Shown here: positions 24,552 to 34,580 of the stretch, piece by piece
Layout of the letters: each line of letters opens with the position of its first letter
Position numbering within the stretch: the stretch's first letter is position 1
From: a virus
Length of the DNA stretch: 64,000 nucleotides
Strand: one strand, 5' to 3'
Virus record (IMG/VR): IMGVR_UViG_3300027917_000019
Location: 32,001 to 96,000 of that record
Program-made: the position numbers and the translations under genes
Notes under the pieces: generated by a model
Seen by the model: only the letters and a program-made list of their open reading frames with translations
Database searches by the model: none
Told to the model about the DNA's origin: nothing

Positions 24552-25295
24552 ATGGGCTGGATCGATAACGATACTTTTGAATTCTGGATGCCGGCGCAAG
24601 CTATTTCTTTGACGAAGTCTAAGAAAAACGGTGCTGACGCAGAAGGACGACGTTGGGTTCAGGGAATTGCTTCTACTAGCTCTAGAGACCTACAAGGCGA
24701 GATCATTGAACAGCAGGGGATTGATTTCTCTTATTTTGTAAAGCACGGCTTTTTCAACTGGGACCACAAAGAAGGTCCTGATAATAAGGTTGGAGAGCCT
24801 ACTGAGTGTAAACTCACCAAGAACGGGCTTTGGGTCAAGGGTTTTCTTTGGAAGAATAAGGCGAGAGCAGACGACATCTGGGAACAGATGAACTCTATGG
24901 CTTCTTCAGGTTCTTCCCGCAGAATGGGATTCTCCATTCAAGGAAAAGTCAAGAGACGCTCAGGGAACGTTATTAAAGAGTGTTGGATTCAAGACATAGC
25001 AATTACGGCTTGTCCTGTGAATACCTCCACTTGGGCTGAAATCGCCAAGAGCCTGTCTGCACAGACCTGGGATCTCAGCAAGTCCCTAGAGGAAGATGAG
25101 GAAAAGGCGCTTAGCGCGGGCGGTTCTCCGCTGGTTCCTGAATCTCTCGAAGGGAAACAAAAGGACGTCAAGACATTGGATAAGAGTCTTACGTTCGAAG
25201 AATCTGTGGCATGGATTAGTTCCACCACTGGTATGCCTGACGACGCAGCAGAAGCAGCGGCTAGGGTAATTTTCTCAGTACTCACTAAGGAGTGA
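24552..25295 (+). CDS. prohead (maturation) protease
   Basis: GIAST..RDLQGE, FNWDH, GLWVKG, RMGFSIQG, IAITACPVN..TW; start moved past the terminator. Confidence 0.93.
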   Translation: MGWIDNDTFEFWMPAQAISLTKSKKNGADAEGRRWVQGIASTSSRDLQGEIIEQQGIDFSYFVKHGFFNWDHKEGPDNKVGEPTECKLTKNGLWVKGFLWKNKARADDIWEQMNSMASSGSSRRMGFSIQGKVKRRSGNVIKECWIQDIAITACPVNTSTWAEIAKSLSAQTWDLSKSLEEDEEKALSAGGSPLVPESLEGKQKDVKTLDKSLTFEESVAWISSTTGMPDDAAEAAARVIFSVLTKE

Positions 25296-25302
25296 AACCG
25301 AC

Positions 25303-26274
25303 ATGAGCGATCAGACTGTAAAGCAGGACGACCTCGCGAAGGCACTCGCTGGACTTCAGGAAATTGCAAAGGGTCATTCTTCTCGTGGTACCGCTACCAC
25401 GAAGGTAGAATCCATGCGCGATTCTGGGGCTGGCGCAGGTTCTGATGCGGGATCTACTCAGGTCTATCACACGCCGTCAAACTCTGAACCCGGAAGCTGG
25501 GCTGGTTCTACTGCTAGAACCGTCCCGGAAGACGGTGCTACCGATTCTGTTGGTCCTGATGGAACAGACTATGTAGCTCAGGGTAAGGTGATGAAGTCCA
25601 TCATCGAAAAGATGGCTAAGGGCCTTCCACTTACTGCGGACGAAGCTTCCTTCTACGCAGCTATTGCTAAGGGCGGCATGCCCGACTTCTTGAAGAAGGA
25701 CGACAAGAAGGACAAGGACGACGCTGAAAAGTCCGTTAAGAAGTCAGATGATGACGACGCGGACGACAAGGATGACAAGATGGGTAAGTCTTTGTCTGAC
25801 CACGCAGCGGAAGACGACACAGTTTCTAAGGGTCTTGAAGTCTCTGAGTTCTTGGCTGGATTCGCATCAGTCATTCACAAGAGCCTCCAGTCTACTGAAG
25901 AGCGTGTTGTTGCTCGCGTTCTCAAGGCACTCGCTAGCGATGCTGAAGGTACGGGCGAGTTCAACAAGTCTCTTGCAGAGGCGGTTGGTCGTCTTGCAGA
26001 GTCCGTGGCGGCAGTTTCTCAGCGTGTAGATCAGGTTGAGTCTCAGCCTGCGCATGCTCCGCGCGCTGCTCACAATGTACAGGTCCTCGAAAAGGGCTCG
26101 TATGATGGTCCTGCGGGGGGAGAACCCCTCAGCAAGGCTCTAGTAGCTGCAACACTTGTCGAACTAGTACAGCGCGGTGAAGCTACCACGCAAGACGTTC
26201 TAAAGTTCGACTCATCCCAGACTCTTTCACCTCGACTTGAGCAGAAGGTTCGTGCTGCTCTCGGCGGGCGCTGA
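25303..26274 (+). CDS. putative scaffold protein
   Basis: Between protease and capsid; acidic, coiled coil, more than 10 K|[SAG] motifs. Confidence 0.8.
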   Translation: MSDQTVKQDDLAKALAGLQEIAKGHSSRGTATTKVESMRDSGAGAGSDAGSTQVYHTPSNSEPGSWAGSTARTVPEDGATDSVGPDGTDYVAQGKVMKSIIEKMAKGLPLTADEASFYAAIAKGGMPDFLKKDDKKDKDDAEKSVKKSDDDDADDKDDKMGKSLSDHAAEDDTVSKGLEVSEFLAGFASVIHKSLQSTEERVVARVLKALASDAEGTGEFNKSLAEAVGRLAESVAAVSQRVDQVESQPAHAPRAAHNVQVLEKGSYDGPAGGEPLSKALVAATLVELVQRGEATTQDVLKFDSSQTLSPRLEQKVRAALGGR

Positions 26275-26294
26275 TAGAATAGGAGTAATCAGAG

Positions 26295-27746
26295 ATGATT
26301 GGACTTCAGGCGTTCTCTAAGAACAATGGCTATAACGGTCCTGGTACCGCTACTGCTGGCGAGATTGAAGAGCTTGCAAAGGCTCTTGAAGCTGGCTATC
26401 AGGTAGGTGCAGGAAAGACCGGAGGAAGTGCCCTCCGCGTCGAGTCCCTTGAGGCTTCCCTTAAGGTACTTACCTTCACTTCTTCCCATATAAAGCTTTG
26501 GAAGAAGATTCCCAAGTCTCCGGCATATTCAACTGTCGAAGAGTATAACCAGCTTACTGATTACGGTGGACAGGCTACTCCGTGGGTACAGGAAGGTGAA
26601 CTTCCCCAGGCCAGCGATAGCTCCTACGTTCGTCGTACTCAGCTCGTAAAGTTCCTCGGAACAGTTCGAGAGGTAACGCACCAGGCTTCACTTGTGCACC
26701 CTGCACACGGTGACTTGATTGCGCTAGAGAATCACAACGGAATTCTCTACTTGCTTGAGCAGGTAGAAAAGTTCCTCTTCGCTGGTGATTCCTCTCTTGC
26801 TGCTGACGGCGAAGCTGAGCAGTGGGATGGTCTTGACGCCCTTATCGATAGCACGGCAGTGCTCGATCTTGAAGGTAATAGCCTTCAGGAGGCAGATATC
26901 GAAGAGGCTTCTAACCTCATCATTGAGTCTTACGGATTCCCCACGGACATGTTCCTTGGAAACCGTACGCACTCTGACCTTACGAAGACGTTCTATCCGC
27001 GTCAGCGCATTCAGATGCCTGCTCCGGTGAACGGCAAGGTTGGTCTCACTGTTTCTTCCATTGCTACGCAGGGTGGAGACATCGAGTTCAATCCTGACAT
27101 CTTCATTAAGCAGACCCCGCCGCCTCCGTCCGCTGCGTCTTCAGTAAACGCTCCGGCAACTCCGGCATCTATTGCATCCGCATTGAATGCTGGTGCATCT
27201 AATGGTGACCACGAGAAGGGCGCTCCTGCTGGTGATACGGACGTTGCTTATGTCGTTACGGCAGCAAACCGCTTCGGCGAGTCTGCTCCTACGGCGGTGC
27301 AGGGTGCTACCACTCAGCTTACGGCAGCTCAGAAGGCGGCTGGAAACACCATTACTCTTACGGTTACAAACCCTGGAACTATTGGTGCATTCCCTCCGGA
27401 ATACTTCAAGATTTATCGTTCCCGTGCACAGGTAGGAACCACCGTCCCGACGGCGCTCTCATCCTACGCTCTTATCGCAACTGTGCCGGCATCTTCCCAG
27501 CTTGCTTCTGGCACGACTGTGGTTGAGGACGTAAACCTTCAGCTTCCGTTTACTTCCACGGCTTATCTTGGTGAGATGAACCCCAACGTGTTGACCTTCC
27601 GTCAGCTTATGCCCATGATGAAGATGGACCTAGCAGTCCTCTCCCCGGCATTCCGTTGGATGATCCTCCTCTACGGAACGCCCATCATGTTCGCTCCGAA
27701 GAAGTGGCTCCGTCTTATCAACATCGGACAGCTTGACACCCGCTGA
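26295..27746 (+). CDS. major capsid protein
   Basis: ELAKAL.AG, GSALRVESLE, AYSTVEEY, EGELP, QLMPMMKMDLA, LYGTP...PKKW (A511/Twort-like). Confidence 0.95.
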   Translation: MIGLQAFSKNNGYNGPGTATAGEIEELAKALEAGYQVGAGKTGGSALRVESLEASLKVLTFTSSHIKLWKKIPKSPAYSTVEEYNQLTDYGGQATPWVQEGELPQASDSSYVRRTQLVKFLGTVREVTHQASLVHPAHGDLIALENHNGILYLLEQVEKFLFAGDSSLAADGEAEQWDGLDALIDSTAVLDLEGNSLQEADIEEASNLIIESYGFPTDMFLGNRTHSDLTKTFYPRQRIQMPAPVNGKVGLTVSSIATQGGDIEFNPDIFIKQTPPPPSAASSVNAPATPASIASALNAGASNGDHEKGAPAGDTDVAYVVTAANRFGESAPTAVQGATTQLTAAQKAAGNTITLTVTNPGTIGAFPPEYFKIYRSRAQVGTTVPTALSSYALIATVPASSQLASGTTVVEDVNLQLPFTSTAYLGEMNPNVLTFRQLMPMMKMDLAVLSPAFRWMILLYGTPIMFAPKKWLRLINIGQLDTR

Positions 27747-27753
27747 GTTGTGT

Positions 27754-27782
27754 AGGTGAGGGGGAGTAACTCCCCCTCACCT
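27754..27782 (+). terminator. perfect 13-bp hairpin after capsid gene
   Basis: AGGTGAGGGGGAG-TAA-CTCCCCCTCACCT; weak U tract. Confidence 0.6.
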
Positions 27783-27792
27783 TCCACTTATT

Positions 27793-28365
27793 ATGTCTCA
27801 AAACGGCGCAATTAAGGGCACTAGCGATCTAGTTCTTGCTATGCAAGATAAGGCTGAAGTTGCTAAGCGGCGTGCCGGAAGGCGTTCCATTCAGCAATTG
27901 CAAGCGCGTTTGTATGAGAAGTCTAGAGAAGGTCTGTCCACAAGTTCAGGAAACGACCAAATGAAGAGTTTGAAGGTAAGAAGTAATTTTGCACGAGATC
28001 GTGTTATCGTTCTTGGAAATGGAGAACTTGTTCTCCACTTCGACGGTTCTGGTCTCGCAACATTCCCGGAACACCTTCTTCCTCTTTTGCAAGCAGAAAT
28101 GCGCTCTAGGCCGGGACGCTATAGGCTTGAAGAAATTCCGGTACCCTCTCCTGAGCCTAAGGTAGTTGCACCTGTCAAGGTTGAGGCTAAGGTTGCTGAA
28201 CAAGTACAGGAGCAAGTCAAGGAATTGCTTTCCTCTTTGAAAGCCTCGGAAGAAACAGGAGATGCGGAACCTGTTTCTGAAGAAGTTGAAAAGGCTCCTG
28301 AAGTTAAGAAACAACGTCGCCCTAAGCGTCGTCGAACCCGCAAGAAAGAATCTACGGAGGAATAA
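27793..28365 (+). CDS. hypothetical virion-region protein
   Basis: 190 aa, basic C-terminus. Confidence 0.7.
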   Translation: MSQNGAIKGTSDLVLAMQDKAEVAKRRAGRRSIQQLQARLYEKSREGLSTSSGNDQMKSLKVRSNFARDRVIVLGNGELVLHFDGSGLATFPEHLLPLLQAEMRSRPGRYRLEEIPVPSPEPKVVAPVKVEAKVAEQVQEQVKELLSSLKASEETGDAEPVSEEVEKAPEVKKQRRPKRRRTRKKESTEE

Positions 28366-28367
28366 TA

Positions 28368-28685
28368 ATGGCTTTTGTACGTCTTATACAAGGCGACCAG
28401 TCTAGTGCTGAATTCGATCAGCTTCGTAGGACCAGTAACGCATTGCTCCTAGTTCTTGAAAATCTGGCAGGTACTACATTCACTACCTTGGCAGACCTTC
28501 AAGAGGCGTTGGCTAATACGCTAAGCACCGGTACAGATAGTGATTTCACTACAGGTACTAGCGCTGATTCGTATGTCGGCACTGGAGTAGAGCTAGTAGG
28601 ACTGCGTCCGATGAACCGCCATCCGGCGCGACCCGGTAGTGTTGGTCAAACGAAGGCAATGGTAACGGACGACGGCGCCAAGTAA
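28368..28685 (+). CDS. hypothetical virion protein
   Basis: SD GGAGG; 105 aa. Confidence 0.75.
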   Translation: MAFVRLIQGDQSSAEFDQLRRTSNALLLVLENLAGTTFTTLADLQEALANTLSTGTDSDFTTGTSADSYVGTGVELVGLRPMNRHPARPGSVGQTKAMVTDDGAK

Positions 28686-28783
28686 TCGTTTGAATCTAGC
28701 TTTACGCTCGTTCAAGAGGAGTATACTATTGTCCGACTGCAATCGGCATGGTATACTCCTTTTGTTGTTATACGGAGACCAAC

Positions 28784-29719
28784 GTGACCCCTCTACTTAT
28801 TCAGAATTCGGCAGGGAGCGTAGTAGTATCTCTTGAGACCACGGGTGGATCTTCCGCACTGGGTCTTAGCACTACGGACGTTCAGGTAGACTTGAAGAAA
28901 GATACTGATGCTTTCTTCTCTAACAAGGCTCTTACCGCTCCTGTAGACGCTACCGCAGCTATCGGCTCCGGTGCAGATGGTACGGTTAACTTGGCTGTGC
29001 CTGGATCTGCAGGAAACTCATATACTGTAGAAGTTACAGTTCCTGGTGGTACTTCTGGACTGGTTGCTGCGAAGACCGGGACGGCTGTGACGGTTGCCCT
29101 TGCAGTTACAGCCGGCGTACCGGCCCCAGCACAAAACACGGCAACACTTGTCGCTGCCGCTATTACCGCGCTAGGTACCGAAGTAACGGCCACCGCCTCT
29201 GGAACAGGGGCAGATGCACTTACAGCTGCAGAAGGTCCTACTGCTTTTACTGGTGGTGTAGATGGCGACTTTACTGCGTTAGGTAGCGGAAGCTACGAAC
29301 TTGACTTGGTTGCGGCCGACACTGACATACTTGGGCAGCTTTTCATTCGCTTCAGTGGTCCGACGATTAGGACTATCGTTATTTCTGCTACTGTTGCAGT
29401 AGCTACTGCTAATCCGCCCACACCAGATCTTACTATTCCAACTACCACAATCTTTGGGTATGTTAGAGATGTTAGTGGTGGTGCTGTGGCTGGTGCTTCG
29501 GTCGGTATTCGTGTTTTGAGTACCCCCACATTGTTGCATCCAACCACTGATGGTGTTTTGGTAACTAGTTCTCTTCTAACCACCACTACAGACTCTACAG
29601 GGTTTTTTACCATAGATTTGGTTACAGGATCACAGGTGGATGTTTTCATACCAAGTGCTTCTTATAGGCGCACTTTCACAGTACCGGCTGTTTCAACCAA
29701 CCTCTTTGATATCCCTTGA
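28784..29719 (+). CDS. virion decoration-like beta-rich protein
   Basis: SD GGAG before GTG 28784; IGSGADGTV module; transthyretin/carboxypeptidase-regulatory-like C-terminus. Confidence 0.7.
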   Translation: MTPLLIQNSAGSVVVSLETTGGSSALGLSTTDVQVDLKKDTDAFFSNKALTAPVDATAAIGSGADGTVNLAVPGSAGNSYTVEVTVPGGTSGLVAAKTGTAVTVALAVTAGVPAPAQNTATLVAAAITALGTEVTATASGTGADALTAAEGPTAFTGGVDGDFTALGSGSYELDLVAADTDILGQLFIRFSGPTIRTIVISATVAVATANPPTPDLTIPTTTIFGYVRDVSGGAVAGASVGIRVLSTPTLLHPTTDGVLVTSSLLTTTTDSTGFFTIDLVTGSQVDVFIPSASYRRTFTVPAVSTNLFDIP

Positions 29720-29734
29720 TAAGGAGCGCTCTAA

Positions 29735-31873
29735 GTGGCTGCACCTACTACTGTCAGCGTATCAATAGATGATACTGAATATTCTCGTTATGAAGAGGCA
29801 AAGAACACGATTACAGCTACAGTTGTAATTAGTGGTGGGGCTCCTTATACTCTTGAACCTATTGTAGTGGAGCTTAGAAAGGCTCGTAGATCTCGTGACG
29901 CTGTAGTAGCCACAGCAGTGCTGTACTATAGCGGGTCTACGGATCCTCAAGAAGCTACTACAACGTTTTACCTACCAGATCTTGTAGATCAAGACCTAAT
30001 CAGTTTGATACGTCATGGTAAGTACTTTATACGTGCTGAGCATGAAACCACGTCTGCTAGTGCAGATATAGGAGGCGGCGTTGACGGAACAGTCACTCTC
30101 ATTGCAGATGAAGGAGCAATTGGAAACACATATTCAGTCGAAGTCGTTGTACCTGCCGGAACATCTCCTCTGTCGGTATCCCGTATCGGTAACGCTATTA
30201 CAGTTGACCTCGCTGTGTCTTCTGGAGTTCCTGTCGCCGGATCAAACAGAGCCATCGATATCAGGAATGCAATTATTGCTGCCTATACGGATGTAACTCC
30301 TGTTGTATCAGGAACGGGGCTAGACCCGTTGACTGCTGCAGAGGGTCCTACCTCATTCACAGGCGGGACAGACGCTATCGTCGCTGAGAGTGGTGACTTT
30401 GATATTCGTATCGTAACTGTAGAGAGGCTAAAGAAGGACTACCTGTTTGGTATTCCTTTGAAGTCCACTAACGTTAAGTTGCCTAAGTTTGATCCTGCGT
30501 CTATAACAGGGGTGACGGTAACAGAAGTCTCTGCAACGCACCCTATTGGGTTTGGAGAGCTTTCGTACAATTACTCTACAAACGATACGGCTAATGCTAC
30601 TGCGACAATAGGCTCCGGCGCTGACGGTACTGTTACAGTGACCGCAGACGAAACTGGAACTACGGCTGGGTCTGCTGGAAACTCTCTCTTTGTAGAGGTG
30701 GTGGTTCCTGCAGGAACAAGCGCGTTGAGTGCTGCTTTGGTTGGAAATGTATTGACCATTTCACTCGACGTAACTGGAGGCGTACCTAACGGAGCTGCTA
30801 ACACAGCAACGCTAGTTGCTGCAGCCATCACCGCCCTTGACGAGTTCTCTGCAACAGCTTCTGGCACAGGAGCTACGTCCTTGTCTGTTGCTGAAGGCCC
30901 CACGCAGCTTACTGGTGGGTTAACTGATACTATCCGCATGTTGAGTTGGAAGGGTGGTCCTCTTGTTTCTATACCAACTGCGGGCACATATATCCTTCGT
31001 TCTGGTTTGACGGGGCCTGCCAAGAAGCTCTCTTGCGATACTGCTGGGTCTAACGACTACATCTGTGTTAGAGTAAGGTCTACAGCCTTACTACCTTCCA
31101 ATAACGTTGCTGAAGAGCTTCTCATTGAAACACAAGAGCTAAACGACGATGCCCTTGGAAAGTACCTAGAACAAGCTATTTGTTGGTTGGAGCAGGACCT
31201 GCTAGCCGTTTATTTGGAACCTACCAACGTAGTAACAGACAGAGACCCAACTACCATTCAGTATTCAGCGGGCGTTAACTCACCGACCCCCATCTTTACA
31301 GATACGGATTACGATTTCATTGTTTCTCCGTTGACGTACTTCGTTCCTCGCTCGTCCGGTTCTTGGGTACAGATTTGGACCCCATACCGTCAGATACTTC
31401 GTGTAGACTCTTTGTTTGGGTCTATCGCCAACACCCGAGTGATTGATATTGATCTAGAGTGGATTGAGCACTCTATCCAAGGCGGGCTGATTCAGTTGGT
31501 TCCGTTTAACCAGGAAGTGGCTTTCAACTTCGTAGGTCTTATTTGGGTGAACGCGATTCGCGGTGCTGCCGAGCTTCCAAACTTCTGGCACTTCAACATG
31601 ATCGTTGGTATCCGAGACCTGTGTGGAGACATCATCGAGATCATAGCGAAGAAGGCTGCTATCGAGGCGCTGACGGCTGCAGCGTTGGCTTTCCGTCCTG
31701 GACTAGGGTCTCTTAGCCTAAGCAGAGACGGCATCTCTGAGAGCGTTTCTTACATGACCTCCCAACAGTATGGTATCTATACTGGTACTATTAATTCATA
31801 CAAGGAATGGATTACTGAAAACCAGAAACTCCTTAGAGCTAAGTATCGTGGTCTTGATTGGATGGTTGTCTAA
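29735..31873 (+). CDS. head-tail adaptor/neck protein with inserted repeat modules
   Basis: TVERLKKDYLFGIPL, GLIQLVP, LGSLSLSRDGISES; position after capsid. Confidence 0.75.
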   Translation: MAAPTTVSVSIDDTEYSRYEEAKNTITATVVISGGAPYTLEPIVVELRKARRSRDAVVATAVLYYSGSTDPQEATTTFYLPDLVDQDLISLIRHGKYFIRAEHETTSASADIGGGVDGTVTLIADEGAIGNTYSVEVVVPAGTSPLSVSRIGNAITVDLAVSSGVPVAGSNRAIDIRNAIIAAYTDVTPVVSGTGLDPLTAAEGPTSFTGGTDAIVAESGDFDIRIVTVERLKKDYLFGIPLKSTNVKLPKFDPASITGVTVTEVSATHPIGFGELSYNYSTNDTANATATIGSGADGTVTVTADETGTTAGSAGNSLFVEVVVPAGTSALSAALVGNVLTISLDVTGGVPNGAANTATLVAAAITALDEFSATASGTGATSLSVAEGPTQLTGGLTDTIRMLSWKGGPLVSIPTAGTYILRSGLTGPAKKLSCDTAGSNDYICVRVRSTALLPSNNVAEELLIETQELNDDALGKYLEQAICWLEQDLLAVYLEPTNVVTDRDPTTIQYSAGVNSPTPIFTDTDYDFIVSPLTYFVPRSSGSWVQIWTPYRQILRVDSLFGSIANTRVIDIDLEWIEHSIQGGLIQLVPFNQEVAFNFVGLIWVNAIRGAAELPNFWHFNMIVGIRDLCGDIIEIIAKKAAIEALTAAALAFRPGLGSLSLSRDGISESVSYMTSQQYGIYTGTINSYKEWITENQKLLRAKYRGLDWMVV

Positions 31874-32667
31874 TGTCTAAAGTATTTGACGTAGACTGGG
31901 ACTTTGCCCTACTTGAAGAGGTAATCCAAAGCCGTGGCGACGATGTCATTCACGAAACGGGAGTTTCGTGTCCGTGTCGTAGGGAGGATGCTTATGCGTC
32001 CACCATTATTCAAGACAATAAGCCCGCTACGCAACGCCGTCTGGATTGTGAACAGTGTGGCGGTGTTGGCTGGCTTTGGAGAGACGCTAAGATTGTAAAA
32101 GGATTGGTTACTAGTGTAGAGGCTGGTCGTAATCGTCAACTGCTGGAAATGGGGTACGCAGTACCAGGAGATGCTACGTTTTCTCCGTCTCTAAATGCGG
32201 GGCAACTACACGACTTCGATAAGATCACTTTCCTTTATGCGGCCCCTGTGGGGGATGGCCAAATCATTATGCGCAACAGTGCAAACCTAGAGGACAACGG
32301 TTTGCTCAAGCTAGGGTTGGAAGACAATGAAGACCGTCTGTGGTATGAGGCGGGCTGTGTGTTTTGGTGTGAAGATGAAAACGGTCGTGTATATCAACAG
32401 AACACAGATTTCACTGTCAGCGGAAAAACCCTAAGTTGGGTCGGGGCTAAGCCCAGTGATGGGGTCTTCTATACTGTGAAGTATAATGCATACCTTGAGT
32501 GGATTATCTACGCTACACCTATGACACGTTTTGATAGGAATCGTAAGCTGGGCCAGCGCGTACTTCTCAGGAAGGTTCATGTCGCCTATCAGAATGATTT
32601 CGATTTCGACACCGCTGCAAAGAGACAAGCCCAAGAGGTTTCCTTCACAACCAAGACGACTATCTGA
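31873..32667 (+). CDS. neck/head closure protein
   Basis: CPC...CEQCGGVGW motif as in SPO1/Twort-like neck genes. Confidence 0.75.
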   Translation: MSKVFDVDWDFALLEEVIQSRGDDVIHETGVSCPCRREDAYASTIIQDNKPATQRRLDCEQCGGVGWLWRDAKIVKGLVTSVEAGRNRQLLEMGYAVPGDATFSPSLNAGQLHDFDKITFLYAAPVGDGQIIMRNSANLEDNGLLKLGLEDNEDRLWYEAGCVFWCEDENGRVYQQNTDFTVSGKTLSWVGAKPSDGVFYTVKYNAYLEWIIYATPMTRFDRNRKLGQRVLLRKVHVAYQNDFDFDTAAKRQAQEVSFTTKTTI

Positions 32668-33278
32668 TGTCATTTGTTAGTTACAATGCAGGTCCTCAAC
32701 CTTCTATTGAGGTAAGTGTTCCTGCCAAGCTTCTCAATATCGATAACTTCGATGCGAAGATGGAAGAGGCTATTTTTGAAGCAGCTATCGAGGCTAGGAA
32801 TTTCTGGGAAACTACAGCAGGGCAGCGCCTCAACTCTAGTAGAACTAGGTATCAAGAAGCCATTGGTATGGAGCAGGTAAGTGACACGGAAGTGCACTTG
32901 AAGCTTACTACTCCCTTTGCTGTGGCAATCGAAAATGGCTGGACGCAAGGAGACCAGAAGCCCGGCTTTTTGGCGTCCAGCAAGATTAAGGCGGGACCGG
33001 TTAGGAAGATTCCCCGAGCCATTGCCGCTAAGTTTCAGCATAATCGGCCTGCGTGTACAAAGTGGATGATCATCCCGTTGAACACACAACGAAAGTTTCC
33101 CATGGGACGTCCTGGAGCCTTCCGAACTTTTACAGACAAGCAGACGGGCATGTGGCCTACTAATGCCAAGACGCGCAAGGGTGTCTTCATCGCTAAGGAT
33201 GTCGCAGACGAGTTGGGAACCAACATTCTCCCTAAGCATATTGAGAAGGTTATCGATGAGTTGGTGAGTCAAAAATGA
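32667..33278 (+). CDS. neck/tail completion protein
   Basis: LNSSRTRY..AI, IENGW...DQKPGFL, IIPL, FRT. Confidence 0.65.
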   Translation: MSFVSYNAGPQPSIEVSVPAKLLNIDNFDAKMEEAIFEAAIEARNFWETTAGQRLNSSRTRYQEAIGMEQVSDTEVHLKLTTPFAVAIENGWTQGDQKPGFLASSKIKAGPVRKIPRAIAAKFQHNRPACTKWMIIPLNTQRKFPMGRPGAFRTFTDKQTGMWPTNAKTRKGVFIAKDVADELGTNILPKHIEKVIDELVSQK

Positions 33279-34330
33279 GTGTCATCCCTGAAATCATTCT
33301 ACATCGTGTCATTGTGCAAGGTTTGCGAGAAATCCGTCAGGATCCTCGTAGACTTGATACGTTGTTTAAGAACTTGGATCAGCGCACGCTCCAAGCGATG
33401 AAGGATACTATCCTCAAACAGAGCATCAACTTCACGATTAACTACCCCAGAAGTGACCTAAAGACCCCAACAATCGCTCTGCTTCTCAAGAGTGAACAGG
33501 AAGCGCAGACCTTTTTGGGAGACCTCATGGGGGCAGGTACGAACTACGGGATGCCCGATCAAGACCTTACGATTGACACGTTAGGGTCTCACGGGGCGTC
33601 CGAGTCTGGTTTGAGTGGGCTCCCATTCAAGGTAGCAGGCGGTCTGCAGTTTTCTGCACTTGAGTATGATCCGGTTAATGATATTACAACGGCAATCTTC
33701 ATTGAAGAACAACAAGAAGATTTAGCTGCTATTCTGGAACAATTCCCTGTGATTCCTAGCTTCGATGCCTACGTATCTGGAGGAACAGGCGCCGGTCAAG
33801 TTCATCGTATTTTAGAAATCGACAGTAATTCTCTTGACATAGAGGGGCAGTTCGATCCACAATTGGATAGTTCCAGCATAGTGGACGTTCGATCTACGGA
33901 TACCACAAGTCTGGCGGTTGGTGAGCCCTCTCGTGTTTACCCCGCTGGTGCCGTCAACTTGCTCCGTAAGGGAGCAAATTATGACACACAGTACCAGCTA
34001 TCGGTAATCGCTGGTCACCAAGACGAGGTCTTATACCTCTATTCAGTTCTGAAGGCCATCCTTTTCTCCCAGAAGATGTTCATGGAGGACCAAGGATTAA
34101 TGGCTTTGAAGATATCGGGCTCTGATTATGCCCCTCGTACGGAGTATCTTCCTACGGAGGTTTTTCAGAGAACGATGATTCTTCGCTTCACCTATCCCTT
34201 CAGTTTCTTGGAAGAGATTGATCTTCCGACAAGTATGGAAGTTACTGTCAATCCTAGGGACCCTAATACTCTTGAAGAGTGTGGGTCTGTATTGATTGAC
34301 ATCGAGTTTGACGAGGTTACTACAATCTAA
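33275..34330 (+). CDS. putative tail terminator
   Basis: Position before sheath; INYPR...PTIALLL. Confidence 0.6.
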   Translation: MSVIPEIILHRVIVQGLREIRQDPRRLDTLFKNLDQRTLQAMKDTILKQSINFTINYPRSDLKTPTIALLLKSEQEAQTFLGDLMGAGTNYGMPDQDLTIDTLGSHGASESGLSGLPFKVAGGLQFSALEYDPVNDITTAIFIEEQQEDLAAILEQFPVIPSFDAYVSGGTGAGQVHRILEIDSNSLDIEGQFDPQLDSSSIVDVRSTDTTSLAVGEPSRVYPAGAVNLLRKGANYDTQYQLSVIAGHQDEVLYLYSVLKAILFSQKMFMEDQGLMALKISGSDYAPRTEYLPTEVFQRTMILRFTYPFSFLEEIDLPTSMEVTVNPRDPNTLEECGSVLIDIEFDEVTTI

Positions 34331-34338
34331 GGGACGAT

Positions 34339-34563
34339 ATGTCTAAACGCACAAAGAACTACAACACTACAGAAGAAGTTACAGAAGAAGTTAAAGTACC
34401 CGTCAAGGTAGTACGTCGTCGCCACCGCAAGGTGAGCTTTGAACAGTGGGCACGCGCTCGTGGAGTAAAACAACACCACAAGGGGGGGCTAAAGGCGCAT
34501 GTTTCAAATCCCAACATTCCCAGATCTTATGAAGACTGGGACCTAGTTTTCGCTGACTACTGA
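34339..34563 (+). CDS. small hypothetical protein
   Basis: 74 aa immediately before sheath. Confidence 0.7.
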   Translation: MSKRTKNYNTTEEVTEEVKVPVKVVRRRHRKVSFEQWARARGVKQHHKGGLKAHVSNPNIPRSYEDWDLVFADY

Positions 34564-34580
34564 TGCCAGGAGTCCAATAA

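Noticed and set aside
27110-27540. FN3/Ig-like insertion in the major capsid protein
   Set aside because: An insertion at this position is usual for SPO1/Twort-like capsids
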